Below are positions 19,611-29,882 of a DNA stretch of 64,000 nt, one piece after another (the stretch's first letter is position 1; each line of letters starts with the position of its first letter). The stretch lies in the IMG/VR virus record IMGVR_UViG_2698536484_000026, one strand, 5' to 3'. The translations under genes were made by a program, and so were the position numbers. The notes below the pieces were generated by a model, which saw nothing but the letters and a program-made list of their open reading frames with translations, made no database searches and was not told the DNA's origin. This DNA comes from a virus (lineage: Duplodnaviria > Heunggongvirae > Uroviricota > Caudoviricetes).

Positions 19611-19767
19611 CCCGTCTCCTTTATTTTAATTTGCGCAATTGTCGCCTTGTAGTGTACTCCAGCTGCGACATTTAATCATTTATGAGAAATGCTGTTATCA
19701 CATGGCAGACATAAGGCCATTTTGTTACTATCAAGCCCCTTTTCACTACAAAGAAGTAATGCCTACT

Positions 19768-21801
19768 ATGACCCAAGTCGCGAAGAAAATTCTGGTGACG
19801 TGCGCGCTGCCGTACGCTAACGGCTCAATCCACCTCGGCCATATGCTGGAGCACATCCAGGCTGATGTCTGGGTTCGTTACCAGCGAATGCGCGGCCACG
19901 AGGTTAATTTCATCTGTGCCGACGATGCCCACGGTACGCCGATCATGCTGAAAGCACAGCAACTTGGTATCACACCGGAGCAGATGATTGGCGAAATGAG
20001 TCAGGAACACCAGACTGATTTCGCAGGCTTTAACATCAGCTATGACAACTATCACTCGACGCACAGCGAAGAGAACCGTCAGTTGTCTGAGCTTATCTAT
20101 ACTCGCCTGAAAGAGAACGGTTTTATTAAAAATCGCACTATCTCTCAGTTGTACGACCCGGAAAAAGGCATGTTCCTGCCGGATCGTTTTGTGAAAGGCA
20201 CCTGCCCGAAATGTAAAGCGCCAGATCAATACGGCGATAACTGTGAAGTTTGCGGCGCGACCTACAGCCCGACTGAACTGATCGAGCCGAAATCGGTGGT
20301 TTCTGGTGCTACCCCGGTAATGCGTGATTCTGAACACTTCTTCTTTGATCTGCCCTCTTTCAGCGAAATGTTGCAGGCATGGACCCGCAGCGGTGCGTTG
20401 CAGGAGCAGGTGGCAAACAAAATGCAGGAGTGGTTTGAATCTGGTCTGCAACAGTGGGATATCTCCCGCGACGCACCTTACTTCGGTTTTGAAATTCCGA
20501 ACGCGCCGGGTAAATATTTCTACGTCTGGCTGGACGCACCGATTGGCTACATGGGTTCCTTCAAGAATCTGTGCGACAAGCGCGGCGACACTACCAGCTT
20601 CGATGAATACTGGAAGAAAGACTCCACCGCCGAGCTGTACCACTTCATCGGTAAAGATATCGTTTACTTCCACAGCCTGTTCTGGCCTGCCATGCTGGAA
20701 GGCAGCAACTTCCGCAAGCCGACCAACCTGTTTGTTCACGGCTATGTGACGGTGAACGGCGCGAAGATGTCCAAGTCTCGCGGCACCTTTATTAAAGCCA
20801 GCACCTGGTTGAATCATTTTGACGCTGACAGCCTGCGTTACTACTACACTGCGAAACTCTCTTCGCGCATTGATGATATCGATCTCAACCTGGAGGATTT
20901 CGTTCAGCGTGTGAATGCCGATATCGTGAACAAAGTGGTTAACCTGGCGTCCCGTAACGCTGGCTTTATCAATAAGCGTTTTGACGGTGTGCTGGCAAGC
21001 GAGCTGGCTGACCCGCAGTTGTACAAAACCTTCACTGATGCCGCTGAAGTGATTGGTGAAGCGTGGGAAAGCCGCGAATTTGGTAAAGCTATCCGTGAAA
21101 TCATGGCACTGGCTGACCTGGCTAACCGCTATGTCGACGAGCAGGCTCCTTGGGTAGTCGCAAAACAGGAAGGTCGCGATGCTGACCTGCAGGCGATTTG
21201 CTCAATGGGCATCAACCTGTTCCGCGTGCTGATGACTTACCTGAAACCGGTACTGCCGAAACTGACAGAACGTGCGGAAGCATTCCTGAATACGGAACTG
21301 ACCTGGGATGGCATCCAGCAACCGCTGCTGGGCCATAAAGTGAATCCGTTCAAAGCACTGTATAACCGTATCGACATGAAACAGGTGGAAGCACTGGTGG
21401 AAGCGTCTAAAGAAGAAGTGAAAGCTACTGCCGCGCCAGTTACTGGCCCGCTGGCAGACGACCCGATTCAGGAAACCATCACCTTTGACGACTTTGCCAA
21501 AGTTGACCTGCGCGTGGCACTGATCGAAAACGCAGAGTTTGTTGAAGGTTCTGACAAACTGCTGCGCCTGACGCTGGATCTCGGCGGTGAAAAACGCAAT
21601 GTCTTCTCAGGCATCCGTTCTGCTTATCCAGACCCACAGGCACTGATTGGTCGTCACACCATTATGGTGGCTAACCTGGCTCCGCGTAAGATGCGCTTCG
21701 GCATCTCCGAAGGTATGGTGATGGCTGCTGGCCCCGGCGGGAAAGATATCTTCCTGTTAAGCCCGGATGCTGGTGCTAAACCTGGCCACCAGGTTAAGTA
21801 A
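19768..21801 (+). CDS. metG: Methionine--tRNA ligase
   Basis: [26 protein letters not shown] (HIGH), KMSKS, CPKC...C zinc knuckles, C-terminal tRNA-binding domain; 677 aa from ATG 19768. Confidence 0.95.
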   Translation: MTQVAKKILVTCALPYANGSIHLGHMLEHIQADVWVRYQRMRGHEVNFICADDAHGTPIMLKAQQLGITPEQMIGEMSQEHQTDFAGFNISYDNYHSTHSEENRQLSELIYTRLKENGFIKNRTISQLYDPEKGMFLPDRFVKGTCPKCKAPDQYGDNCEVCGATYSPTELIEPKSVVSGATPVMRDSEHFFFDLPSFSEMLQAWTRSGALQEQVANKMQEWFESGLQQWDISRDAPYFGFEIPNAPGKYFYVWLDAPIGYMGSFKNLCDKRGDTTSFDEYWKKDSTAELYHFIGKDIVYFHSLFWPAMLEGSNFRKPTNLFVHGYVTVNGAKMSKSRGTFIKASTWLNHFDADSLRYYYTAKLSSRIDDIDLNLEDFVQRVNADIVNKVVNLASRNAGFINKRFDGVLASELADPQLYKTFTDAAEVIGEAWESREFGKAIREIMALADLANRYVDEQAPWVVAKQEGRDADLQAICSMGINLFRVLMTYLKPVLPKLTERAEAFLNTELTWDGIQQPLLGHKVNPFKALYNRIDMKQVEALVEASKEEVKATAAPVTGPLADDPIQETITFDDFAKVDLRVALIENAEFVEGSDKLLRLTLDLGGEKRNVFSGIRSAYPDPQALIGRHTIMVANLAPRKMRFGISEGMVMAAGPGGKDIFLLSPDAGAKPGHQVK

Positions 21802-21820
21802 TTAAGCAACCTCTGTTCGC

Positions 21821-21850
21821 AATGCCCGGCAACACGCTGGGCATTTTCAT
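21821..21850 (+). terminator. Terminator-like hairpin after metG
   Basis: atgccc...gggcat stem followed by TTTT. Confidence 0.5.
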
Positions 21851-21962
21851 ATAGACACAATCCCTCCTGATTTACACAAGCCCTAAAACAATTTGTTTTC
21901 TACCTTTTGTTGATTGAGATAATAAGCCGCATAAGAAAACAAATTGTTTCGGAGTGGTTGAA

Positions 21963-22262
21963 ATGTTGAACATTACCCAAGCCTACCAGGTGGCATTGAT
22001 CAGTTCATCTCATACATCAGAGGAAGATGCTCGCCGATTCATGATCGCAAGCAATGAGCTGGATTGGGTTTCACAAATTGATGGCGGTTGTATTGTCCAC
22101 GCCGGGTTACAGGATGATGTCTGGAAAGACGACTTGCGTCGATATGGTATATCCGAAGGCGCGATTGCTAACATTCAGAAAGTACTTGATGTAGGCTTTG
22201 ACTCTGTACATTTTGATTGTGGTGCGCCGATCGTTGAAGGGCTTGAGTGCTGGTGTTGGTAG
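21963..22262 (+). CDS. Hypothetical protein
   Basis: Preceded by conserved promoter-like element and AAGAAAACAAATTGTTT motif. Confidence 0.4.
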   Translation: MLNITQAYQVALISSSHTSEEDARRFMIASNELDWVSQIDGGCIVHAGLQDDVWKDDLRRYGISEGAIANIQKVLDVGFDSVHFDCGAPIVEGLECWCW

Positions 22263-22393
22263 AGTGTATAAGCGGATCAATGAGTTACGGAAACAGTTAA
22301 TAATGAGGAGCTTGTAATAAGCTGTATACCCTAGAAAAGCTAGACTAGGGAATAAAATGACGTGAAACTGGGCGAGACAGTAAATAATTCCGA

Positions 22394-23623
22394 ATGATAA
22401 TTGAACAAATAACCCCTTGCTCGGAGCTTGGAATGACTGATACCGCTTTTTCAAAATCGTTACAAAAAGAAGTCGATCCTGAGCAGTACTTGGCGCTAAA
22501 GAATTTAGATGACAGCTCGGTTCATGCTATTGCCCGTGACGATATCATCTGCCCCATTTGCAAAGTTGGAGGTGGTTCGTTCGTTAGAGCCACAAGGAAT
22601 GGTGGCTATCACAAGAAGGCGCATTTCAGATTTACCGGTGAAGATGGTCAAGGCCATCATCCATCATGTGATTTCTATGGAGATAGACTAACATCTGAGG
22701 TGAAGCAGCACCTTGTCTCATTCACAAAAGATCGAACAAAGTATTCGCAGGTAATACGAAAGCTGGTCTGTGCCGGCATACAGGAAGGGATATTTACTCA
22801 AGAAAAAATGTGGCAGATGAGGGAATGGTTCTTCAATAAGCGAAAGGATTCCACATTTGAAATATGGTTAGAAAGCGAGCATTTAGACTGGCTTTATTAT
22901 ATTAGTGGGTTACGTGATGCATATCTAGCATGGACAACTCCTGATATTCTACCTTTCGCGCCCATTCAGGTTACTGTGCCTGGTTTTTCTTGGAAGCGTG
23001 CGATTGACAAAGAGGTGCTAAGAGTTCACATCAAGACTCTCCAGCAATTGCGTGAAATTTCAGTCTCACATAGAGACATTGCTGTAATCTTAGAACACAT
23101 AAACAATAATCGTGACCGCACAATTCTCGATCCATCGCATTTGGAGGACGAGATAAGTAAGACCTATAAGCTTACTAGTTTTGTGATGGGCAATTACATT
23201 GAGTTTCAGACAAAAACGGTTAGCGACAGAGCATACGGGGAAGCTAAGTTTCTGGCATTTGCAGCACTTTTGTTGTTCGTGTCAGATTGGGACCTCAACA
23301 TTGCTATTGGTAAGTTTTCTAAGATTGCCAGAGTGAAGGAGGTTGATGACATGCTGGCTGGTAATTTCATTGGTCTTAATCCTTACTTCCGATACGACCT
23401 GGCTAATGCAGTGAAGAGATTGCAGGATAACTGGCCGATTGAATACCAAGAGTTGGAGCATTGGAATGTTGAGAAATCCATGCGTGACGCATATGAAAAG
23501 TGGCGTGCGACAGAGCCTGAATTCGCTCCACCCCTATTGCCAGACTTGTATATTGCCAAACATGAGAAAGAAGTCGCACAAGACGAGCAAGTCAGGCAGT
23601 GGATTAAGAACGGGGATGTTTGA
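22394..23623 (+). CDS. Hypothetical 409-aa protein with CPICK...HHPSC zinc-ribbon-like motif
   Basis: Long ORF with AT-rich upstream region; no recognised family. Confidence 0.45.
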   Translation: MIIEQITPCSELGMTDTAFSKSLQKEVDPEQYLALKNLDDSSVHAIARDDIICPICKVGGGSFVRATRNGGYHKKAHFRFTGEDGQGHHPSCDFYGDRLTSEVKQHLVSFTKDRTKYSQVIRKLVCAGIQEGIFTQEKMWQMREWFFNKRKDSTFEIWLESEHLDWLYYISGLRDAYLAWTTPDILPFAPIQVTVPGFSWKRAIDKEVLRVHIKTLQQLREISVSHRDIAVILEHINNNRDRTILDPSHLEDEISKTYKLTSFVMGNYIEFQTKTVSDRAYGEAKFLAFAALLLFVSDWDLNIAIGKFSKIARVKEVDDMLAGNFIGLNPYFRYDLANAVKRLQDNWPIEYQELEHWNVEKSMRDAYEKWRATEPEFAPPLLPDLYIAKHEKEVAQDEQVRQWIKNGDV

Positions 23624-24689
23624 GTGTAATTAGCTTAATCAATCAGTTGATAATGGCGGTCACAATTTGATTCTTTTCTATAAGAATCCGTTGATCGCCA
23701 CTACTCTTCTTCCATACCTGCAATCACACCTTTAAATATCAATAGGTTAGCGTTGTTTATACCAATAAGAAAACAACTAAATAACAGATCAACGAAACGT
23801 CAACGCTTTCACCCGATTTGGTCTAAAAAATTGACGTTTTCACACATCACTGCTTATACCCGTAACTCTACGCAGCAGACAGCGCCACAGAGTCCAATTT
23901 TCACCACAGACGACTCAACACACTACCAACAAAAACACACGCTCAAAATCGCTCCCGCTGCGTTACACAACCATATAAACAACATATTTTCAGGTATAAC
24001 AAAACAACTAAATAACACATATGCCATTCCCCAAAACAACCAACCTCTTTATGGCAGGCTACCGAAAAGACCCACCTCTTCTCCCCAGGCTACTGGACAA
24101 CCAACCTAACTTTCACAGGCAATCCGAAAACATTCATACGCGCGATACCCACGACACGCCATTCCCCAAACAGCGAAGAAACACCAGAATCACTGAAACC
24201 CCAACGAAGCCTGTAACCGCAAGGATTCTCTCAATCCCAAAAGACTCGAAGCATAACAATCACGGGAAACGCCATTACCCAATACACGAATAACTACAAA
24301 AGCCTTTCACACACTCCAGACAAACAACTCAAACACAATAACGAAAGGAATCGCCCACCTGCCATTACTCCATACACGGAGAAGAACAATCACCAAAACG
24401 ACGAGAACACCCCATAGAAGAACCACCGCAAAACGAACGAAACCACATACACCGACAGAGAAAACAACACACCCAATTCACCAACAGAAATAGTCGCCGT
24501 ATAGAACATTCTGGAAGGAGTGAGCATTAACGCCTATAGAGAGGTTGAGACAGATAAAACACAACATGTATAGCGAAGAAGCCAGGTATGTATAAGTGGG
24601 GAGGGAAGGAGGGGTGTCGCCTCCTTTTTCGTATTTATTCAACTCCTGATTTTATCCCCCCGTAACACCCCTACGGTCAGCCTTCGGTC

Positions 24690-24835
24690 CATACAGGGAA
24701 AAGGCTGCATCCCGCTACAGAAACGGCTGGGTTGCCTTCGGGGAACGGCTGGAGGTTTTCAGGGAAACGGTCGAGTTGCCTGTGTGGATTTCGGGAAAAG
24801 GCTCGATGCCGGTTCAGGAACGGTGGCGTACCGGT
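24690..24835. repeat. Iteron-like direct repeat array A (GGGAAACGGCTG-type units)
   Basis: Six degenerate copies of GG(G)AA(A)(A/C)GG(C/T)NG at about 24696, 24720, 24741, 24761, 24792, 24816. Confidence 0.45.
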
Positions 24836-25185
24836 ATAGCGAGAGGGAGAGTTGCGGCTACCCACCTGTAATGTGCGGGAAGAAGAGAGGCGCTCACGTA
24901 GGCGGACTTGCTTACCGCTGGATTCCCTCTGAATGCCCAGCTACAGCGTAATTGTGCCAGACAGCCAACGGGTCACAATCGATTTCAGTAGGTTTTCGGG
25001 GAGAGGATTATTCTGCCCACCAGCCACCTTCGGCCACTAAATCAGAATAATGTAAAAAGTATACTCGGTACTGAACCTGAAAACTCACTGCCAAAACCAT
25101 ATTCACCGGAATAAAATCCTTTTTCGCCTGTGCGTTATTGCGATAATAACACCATCAAGAAAACATGTTGTTTAAGGATTGCTTT

Positions 25186-25515
25186 ATGTTTGCAAATATC
25201 GACATCAACCAAATCAAGAAATTAACTCAAAAAGAGTTTGATCAGTTTTATGAGTTAGAAGGTTGGTCTTCCACTCTGATCAATTCAAGATGGGTGCTGG
25301 AACTGATGACTCGTGATGACGCACCTGCTTTGATAATTTGCGACATGGGTGAAGATGCTGACTTTATGGATATGAGCGAATTTTGTGTGGACACATACAA
25401 CCGCAGCCAGAAGTACTACTTCACATGCGATAGCGAAAATGACGTGATTTCTAAGGTCTATCTTCACCTCGTCCAGCATTGGGACGTTCAGGAGTTTCTT
25501 GAAGTATTCGAGTAA
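25186..25515 (+). CDS. Hypothetical protein
   Basis: Preceded by CAAGAAAACATGTTGTTTAAGG motif; terminator hairpin follows. Confidence 0.4.
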   Translation: MFANIDINQIKKLTQKEFDQFYELEGWSSTLINSRWVLELMTRDDAPALIICDMGEDADFMDMSEFCVDTYNRSQKYYFTCDSENDVISKVYLHLVQHWDVQEFLEVFE

Positions 25516-25668
25516 CCCCAACCAAAGCCAGCAATGCTGGCTTAATTTCTCTATAGCCGCAGGGAAGAACCTGCATATCGCTCATGCACCTGATCAATAT
25601 GCTTTGTAGCCGTTTTCTTACTGGTATTATTTACGCCATTGAGAAAACAAGTTGTTTACGGAGTTGTA

Positions 25669-25980
25669 ATGAAAAAATCATTGGTTCTTGGTCTGGACAA
25701 AGACCAGAAGAGAAAAGAGAAGCCTGCGCTGGTTGCTCAATTAACTTTGCTGGACATCGTTGCCAATGGAACCTCTATTCGTCTGTTCCGTGAAACAGCG
25801 GTGTCTTTCGATAAAAACACCTTTACTCGTTATGTAATGAATGTTCGTCGCCAGCGTGGAAAAGGCTGGGTGGCATTTCAAAGAATGTGGCCGGAACATC
25901 AGCTCGAACTGGCTTTGATGGAAGTTAACCGCGTGGCCCAGCAAGAGATTCAGAGAGCATCAGTGATGGCAATAGCCTGA
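25669..25980 (+). CDS. Hypothetical protein
   Basis: Preceded by GAGAAAACAAGTTGTTTACGG motif; terminator 26015-26044 follows. Confidence 0.4.
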   Translation: MKKSLVLGLDKDQKRKEKPALVAQLTLLDIVANGTSIRLFRETAVSFDKNTFTRYVMNVRRQRGKGWVAFQRMWPEHQLELALMEVNRVAQQEIQRASVMAIA

Positions 25981-26106
25981 TAATGTGCAAGTGGCAATTA
26001 GTCGACAGTACGACAGCCCCGCCATCCTTACGGGGCTTTTTTGTATTGTAAGTACATACTTACGATCATAGAATATAAAAATAACCAATACACTACGGAG
26101 AGTGAA

Positions 26107-26502
26107 ATGACCGTTAAACGCGAAAAACTGACAGTTGATGTTTACTATGCCTCTGAAACCGCCGAAGGTAAGAATGTGGCAAAAATCACCGTTGTTACGT
26201 ACAACACCGAAACTGGTGCCGAAGTCCAGGCCAGTACGATCGTGCGTAAAGGTGATGCCTCCGGCGGCGAGTACGCGACTCAATACCAGTCCATTCTCGA
26301 TGCAACTGACCCGCTGCTGCTGAAAATCGAGAACTACTTCCGCCAGGTTGATGAAGAGGTGTTTGAAACCATGATGAATATGGTTAACACCGTATTCGCC
26401 TCCAGCCTGAATACCAACACTACCTGGATTGGTCAGTACGGCCTGCGCATTACCTCTGGCATTCCTGCCGACACCTTAATCCCTGAAAGCGTATTCGCTT
26501 AA
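26107..26502 (+). CDS. Hypothetical protein
   Basis: ORF with GGAG RBS; terminator 26511-26538 follows. Confidence 0.4.
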   Translation: MTVKREKLTVDVYYASETAEGKNVAKITVVTYNTETGAEVQASTIVRKGDASGGEYATQYQSILDATDPLLLKIENYFRQVDEEVFETMMNMVNTVFASSLNTNTTWIGQYGLRITSGIPADTLIPESVFA

Positions 26503-26577
26503 TCCTCTTTAAATGGCGCGTAAACCGCGCCATTTTATTAAGCCCGATAACAATTTGTTTTCTGCCTTATCTGATTT

Positions 26578-26994
26578 GTGAAAATGATTTCACTGAAGCA
26601 ACTTAATAAGGAAACCATCATGGGACTTGATATCTATATCGAGACACAGCCTAAAAACGATCTGAATAACGAGGCATCCAGAAAGCAGGTTGCTTACTTC
26701 CGTAAGTTCAATGCGCTCGTTGGGTGGATGGAGCGCAACGTAGGTGAAGTCGAAAATTGTGAGCTTTTAGAATTAACGATGAATGACATTTGTTTTCTGA
26801 AGGCTCATTTGATGCACATAAACGAAAGTAATTGCGAAGAGTACTTGCCTACCCGGGAAGGTTTTTTCTTCGGCAGTCAGGAGTACGATGAAGGTTACTG
26901 GCATGATGTGGGGCAGTTGAAAGAGCTTGTGGAAGATCTGATTAAGAACCACGACTTTCACAATAACAGACTGACCTTCTGCGCCTGGTGGTAA
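26578..26994 (+). CDS. Hypothetical protein
   Basis: Preceded by conserved AACAATTTGTTTTCTGCC...TGTGAAAAT element. Confidence 0.4.
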   Translation: MKMISLKQLNKETIMGLDIYIETQPKNDLNNEASRKQVAYFRKFNALVGWMERNVGEVENCELLELTMNDICFLKAHLMHINESNCEEYLPTREGFFFGSQEYDEGYWHDVGQLKELVEDLIKNHDFHNNRLTFCAWW

Positions 26995-27344
26995 ATATGG
27001 GCGATTTCAAGAAACGCCTGAAGGAAAGAGCCGAGATGGTCAGAAAGCAAAACGCCTCTTCTGTCATCAGATACGCAAGGCAGTTTAGTCGCAACAACAA
27101 ATCAGTTGAGGAAAAGATCCTTAGCGTAATCGTGCGATAATTATTAAGGCCATCAGCATTGGTGGCCTTAAATGACCATCTTGTTTCCCGCAGGCTAAAA
27201 ACACCAACCTCTTACCTCCAGGCAACCGACAAACCCACCTGTTCCCGTCCGGCTACCGCAACTTTCCACTTTGACGCCTTATTCGTACAACGATAATTAA
27301 CACCAACAAGAAAACAATTTGTTATTTACGATAAGGAATTAATC

Positions 27345-27827
27345 ATGAATTTTATCGCTACTGTAAACGCACCCGCACATGGCAATATCGCTGTAACGTT
27401 CTCTGACATTGAAAAACGAGTACTTGGTGCATGGCGCGACAATGAGACGGTAGAACTGTCAGCACAAGAAAAATGCATTATTGCACGCGACATCATTGGC
27501 AATCGTCGTTACTCGCGGGTATTTGAGAAAGCGTATGTGGTAAATTCTGGATTCGGAACGTTCGTCTTTCCGGTGCGCTCCGGGCGATTCTGCCAGTCCA
27601 AGCTGATTGAGTTCGCTACGCAGATTTCTGTCTGGATTAAAACTCAATCGTCGTTCAAATTTTCCGACGATGAAGCAGTATCGCAGGGGATGCGGATCGC
27701 CAACAATGCAATTAAATGCAAAAACATTACGTATACCGCTGGCGTTGATACATGGAAACTGTTTTGCGCTAACTTTATGCTGAATGTATACGCAAGCAAC
27801 CGCATCCACATCCTTGATGGCGTGTAA
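27345..27827 (+). CDS. Hypothetical protein
   Basis: Preceded by CAAGAAAACAATTTGTT motif; hairpin 27830-27858 follows. Confidence 0.4.
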   Translation: MNFIATVNAPAHGNIAVTFSDIEKRVLGAWRDNETVELSAQEKCIIARDIIGNRRYSRVFEKAYVVNSGFGTFVFPVRSGRFCQSKLIEFATQISVWIKTQSSFKFSDDEAVSQGMRIANNAIKCKNITYTAGVDTWKLFCANFMLNVYASNRIHILDGV

Positions 27828-27869
27828 CTGAGAAGAGGGCCAGAAACGGCCCTTTCTCTATAGCCACCA

Positions 27870-28040
27870 GCTGCCGCAGGGAAATTTTCAGAAGCGGCGA
27901 GGAACGTATTCATGAGCCGACGGGGAACGGCCAGGATTTTTTCGGGAAACGGCTGCATTTGCCTTTGTGTAGAAAAAAACATCGGGAAGCTGGTGGAATC
28001 CAACCAGCGGTTGTCGGACAGGTGAGCGGGGAAAATTATG
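27870..28040. repeat. Iteron-like direct repeat array B (GGGAAACGGC-type units)
   Basis: Six degenerate copies (cagggaaatttt, gaggaacg, cggggaacggccagg, cgggaaacggctgcat, cgggaagctgg, cggggaaaatt). Confidence 0.4.
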
Positions 28041-28434
28041 ATGACTTTCGTCACCTGAGACATCCAGATTTCTTTCGTAGCATAATCACATACGTGATTA
28101 AGTGGTGTGATTATGTGAAAAATCACGCGCACATAATACGCGAGCGGATACGGAACAAAACAAAATGCCGATCCGCGCCGACAAATAAACGCGGATCATA
28201 AAGCAAGACTAAAAGCCAATGATTAACTATGCGCTATAACGCGTTTTAAGCGCGTTAATGTGTTAAGTAATGGGTATGTACTGGCAAGGATATAAAAGCG
28301 CGTCTATGGCGTTATTTTGGCGCTTATTTTTATGTTGTTGGAGTGAGTTAAAGACAATAAAAAACGCGCCATCAATGGCGCGTTATTGTGGAAGTATTGG
28401 AAACGAAAAAAGCGCCCATAGTGGGCGCTCGATT

Positions 28435-28665
28435 TTATTTGTGTAAACTGATTTTAAATCCCATTTCTACGAACGCTTTTAACATTAAAAATATATCAGC
28501 GTCGTTCACGTCTGCTTTTTTTCGCTCCTGGTCGCTCAATAAGTCAATTTTGCGCGTCGTTTCATCTATAAGCTCGACTACGCGCCCAGCGTAACCAGCG
28601 ATCCCAGCGATGCGATTAACATAATATTCATTATGGACGTTAACGCCAGCGATAAGAACAAACAT
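28435..28665 (-). CDS. Hypothetical small protein (AT-rich cassette)
   Basis: Minus-strand ORF bounded by GCGCCCATAGTGGGCGC hairpins. Confidence 0.35.
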   Translation of the reverse strand: MFVLIAGVNVHNEYYVNRIAGIAGYAGRVVELIDETTRKIDLLSDQERKKADVNDADIFLMLKAFVEMGFKISLHK

Positions 28666-28685
28666 GATTAAGCTCCTTAAAAAAA

Positions 28686-28889
28686 TTAAATAGAATTTTG
28701 AAGTTTTCCGATTAATGCGCTTAAACGTAAGTATTCACGTTTGCGCTTGCAATCTCGCTTGCTGTTAAGCAAATCAGAAAACGTAAAATTTAATTGGTCG
28801 CGTTGCGCGATTAAATCATCGATTAATTCTAGTTTATAAGCGCGATACTTTGCGCGATATTCCGCGCGGATCTTGTCATAGCTGACCAT
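28686..28889 (-). CDS. Hypothetical small basic protein
   Basis: Minus-strand ORF in same cassette. Confidence 0.35.
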   Translation of the reverse strand: MVSYDKIRAEYRAKYRAYKLELIDDLIAQRDQLNFTFSDLLNSKRDCKRKREYLRLSALIGKLQNSI

Positions 28890-28938
28890 TTTTCAAAGCT
28901 CCTTTAAAGCGCCCATAGTGGGCGCTTGATTCCATTAA

Positions 28939-29589
28939 TTACGCTTTGAAAGCATCAGCTAAATAATTGTAGAAATCATTTTTAATGAAGCGATATTGCT
29001 GAGTACCAGCTTTTGCACTCCCAGCTCCTTTGACTTTTTCAACAAGTCCAAGACGTTCGCAAAGATTGATCAACTGGTTGGCTTGAGTATAGCCAGCGTC
29101 CAATTTAATTTCACACGCTTTTTTAGCTTCATTCATTAAATCGAAAACAGCGCCATTGGTGAACGTGTCGATCTCGTCGTTAATCATATCGATTAAAGCG
29201 AATACACGAGATCCTGACATATCAGCGACGGAATAAACACATTTACCAGCTTTAATGGATTTAACCAGATAAACCAGTTTTTCCAGTGAATAACTATTAG
29301 TCATTGCATCACGGAAAAATACTTCTGGCGCTTGTTTGCTTGCTTTAATCGCATAGTAGAAAACAGAGCATAATTTTTCGTCTTCTACTGCGTTTACGAC
29401 GTTGTTGATGAAGTAAGCAAGTTTAGTGGTCGCAGCTTGCATATTTGCTTTGTCTGCTTTAGTGTGCGTACCATTTTTATAATGTTCGTTATATGTTTGA
29501 GTTGCCAGATCTGCTTTTTCGCGCAGCTCGTCGGATACAATAGATGCAGCTTCAATGATGGACTTTTTAGAAATGATAATGTTAGCCAT
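28939..29589 (-). CDS. Hypothetical protein
   Basis: ATG at 29589 with AAGGA RBS 9 nt upstream. Confidence 0.45.
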   Translation of the reverse strand: MANIIISKKSIIEAASIVSDELREKADLATQTYNEHYKNGTHTKADKANMQAATTKLAYFINNVVNAVEDEKLCSVFYYAIKASKQAPEVFFRDAMTNSYSLEKLVYLVKSIKAGKCVYSVADMSGSRVFALIDMINDEIDTFTNGAVFDLMNEAKKACEIKLDAGYTQANQLINLCERLGLVEKVKGAGSAKAGTQQYRFIKNDFYNYLADAFKA

Positions 29590-29882
29590 GATAATATCCT
29601 TACGAAAAATTAAAATGAATTTATTTTTTACTGTCGTTAGCCAGCTCGCTTTCGACGAGTTCAATTATCGATACGTGAAAAAAGATTGCAAGTGTTTTTT
29701 TAAATTTTTTGCAGGGGTGAAAGCCCTAGAAATAAAAGAGAGAGCGTCGAAGGTGTTCCCTAAATAAATAATCAATTCGGGCCTTTAACCTTATATATTT
29801 ATACGGGGTGGCATTGAAAGAGTTTTAAATGAATGGCATGTAAAATAATAACCGGACTTAGCCGGTTATTACCCTTATAGAT

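Noticed and set aside
19825-20817. 330-aa ORF on the minus strand
   Set aside because: Lies entirely antisense within metG and has an Arg/Ala-rich composition typical of antisense frames.
23753-24293. ORFs 23753-24109 and 24021-24293
   Set aside because: Low-complexity translations from the CA-rich stretch; no RBS and they overlap each other.
24690-28040. Possible CRISPR array from the short direct repeats
   Set aside because: Repeats are 10-12 bp, degenerate and irregularly spaced, and no cas genes are present.
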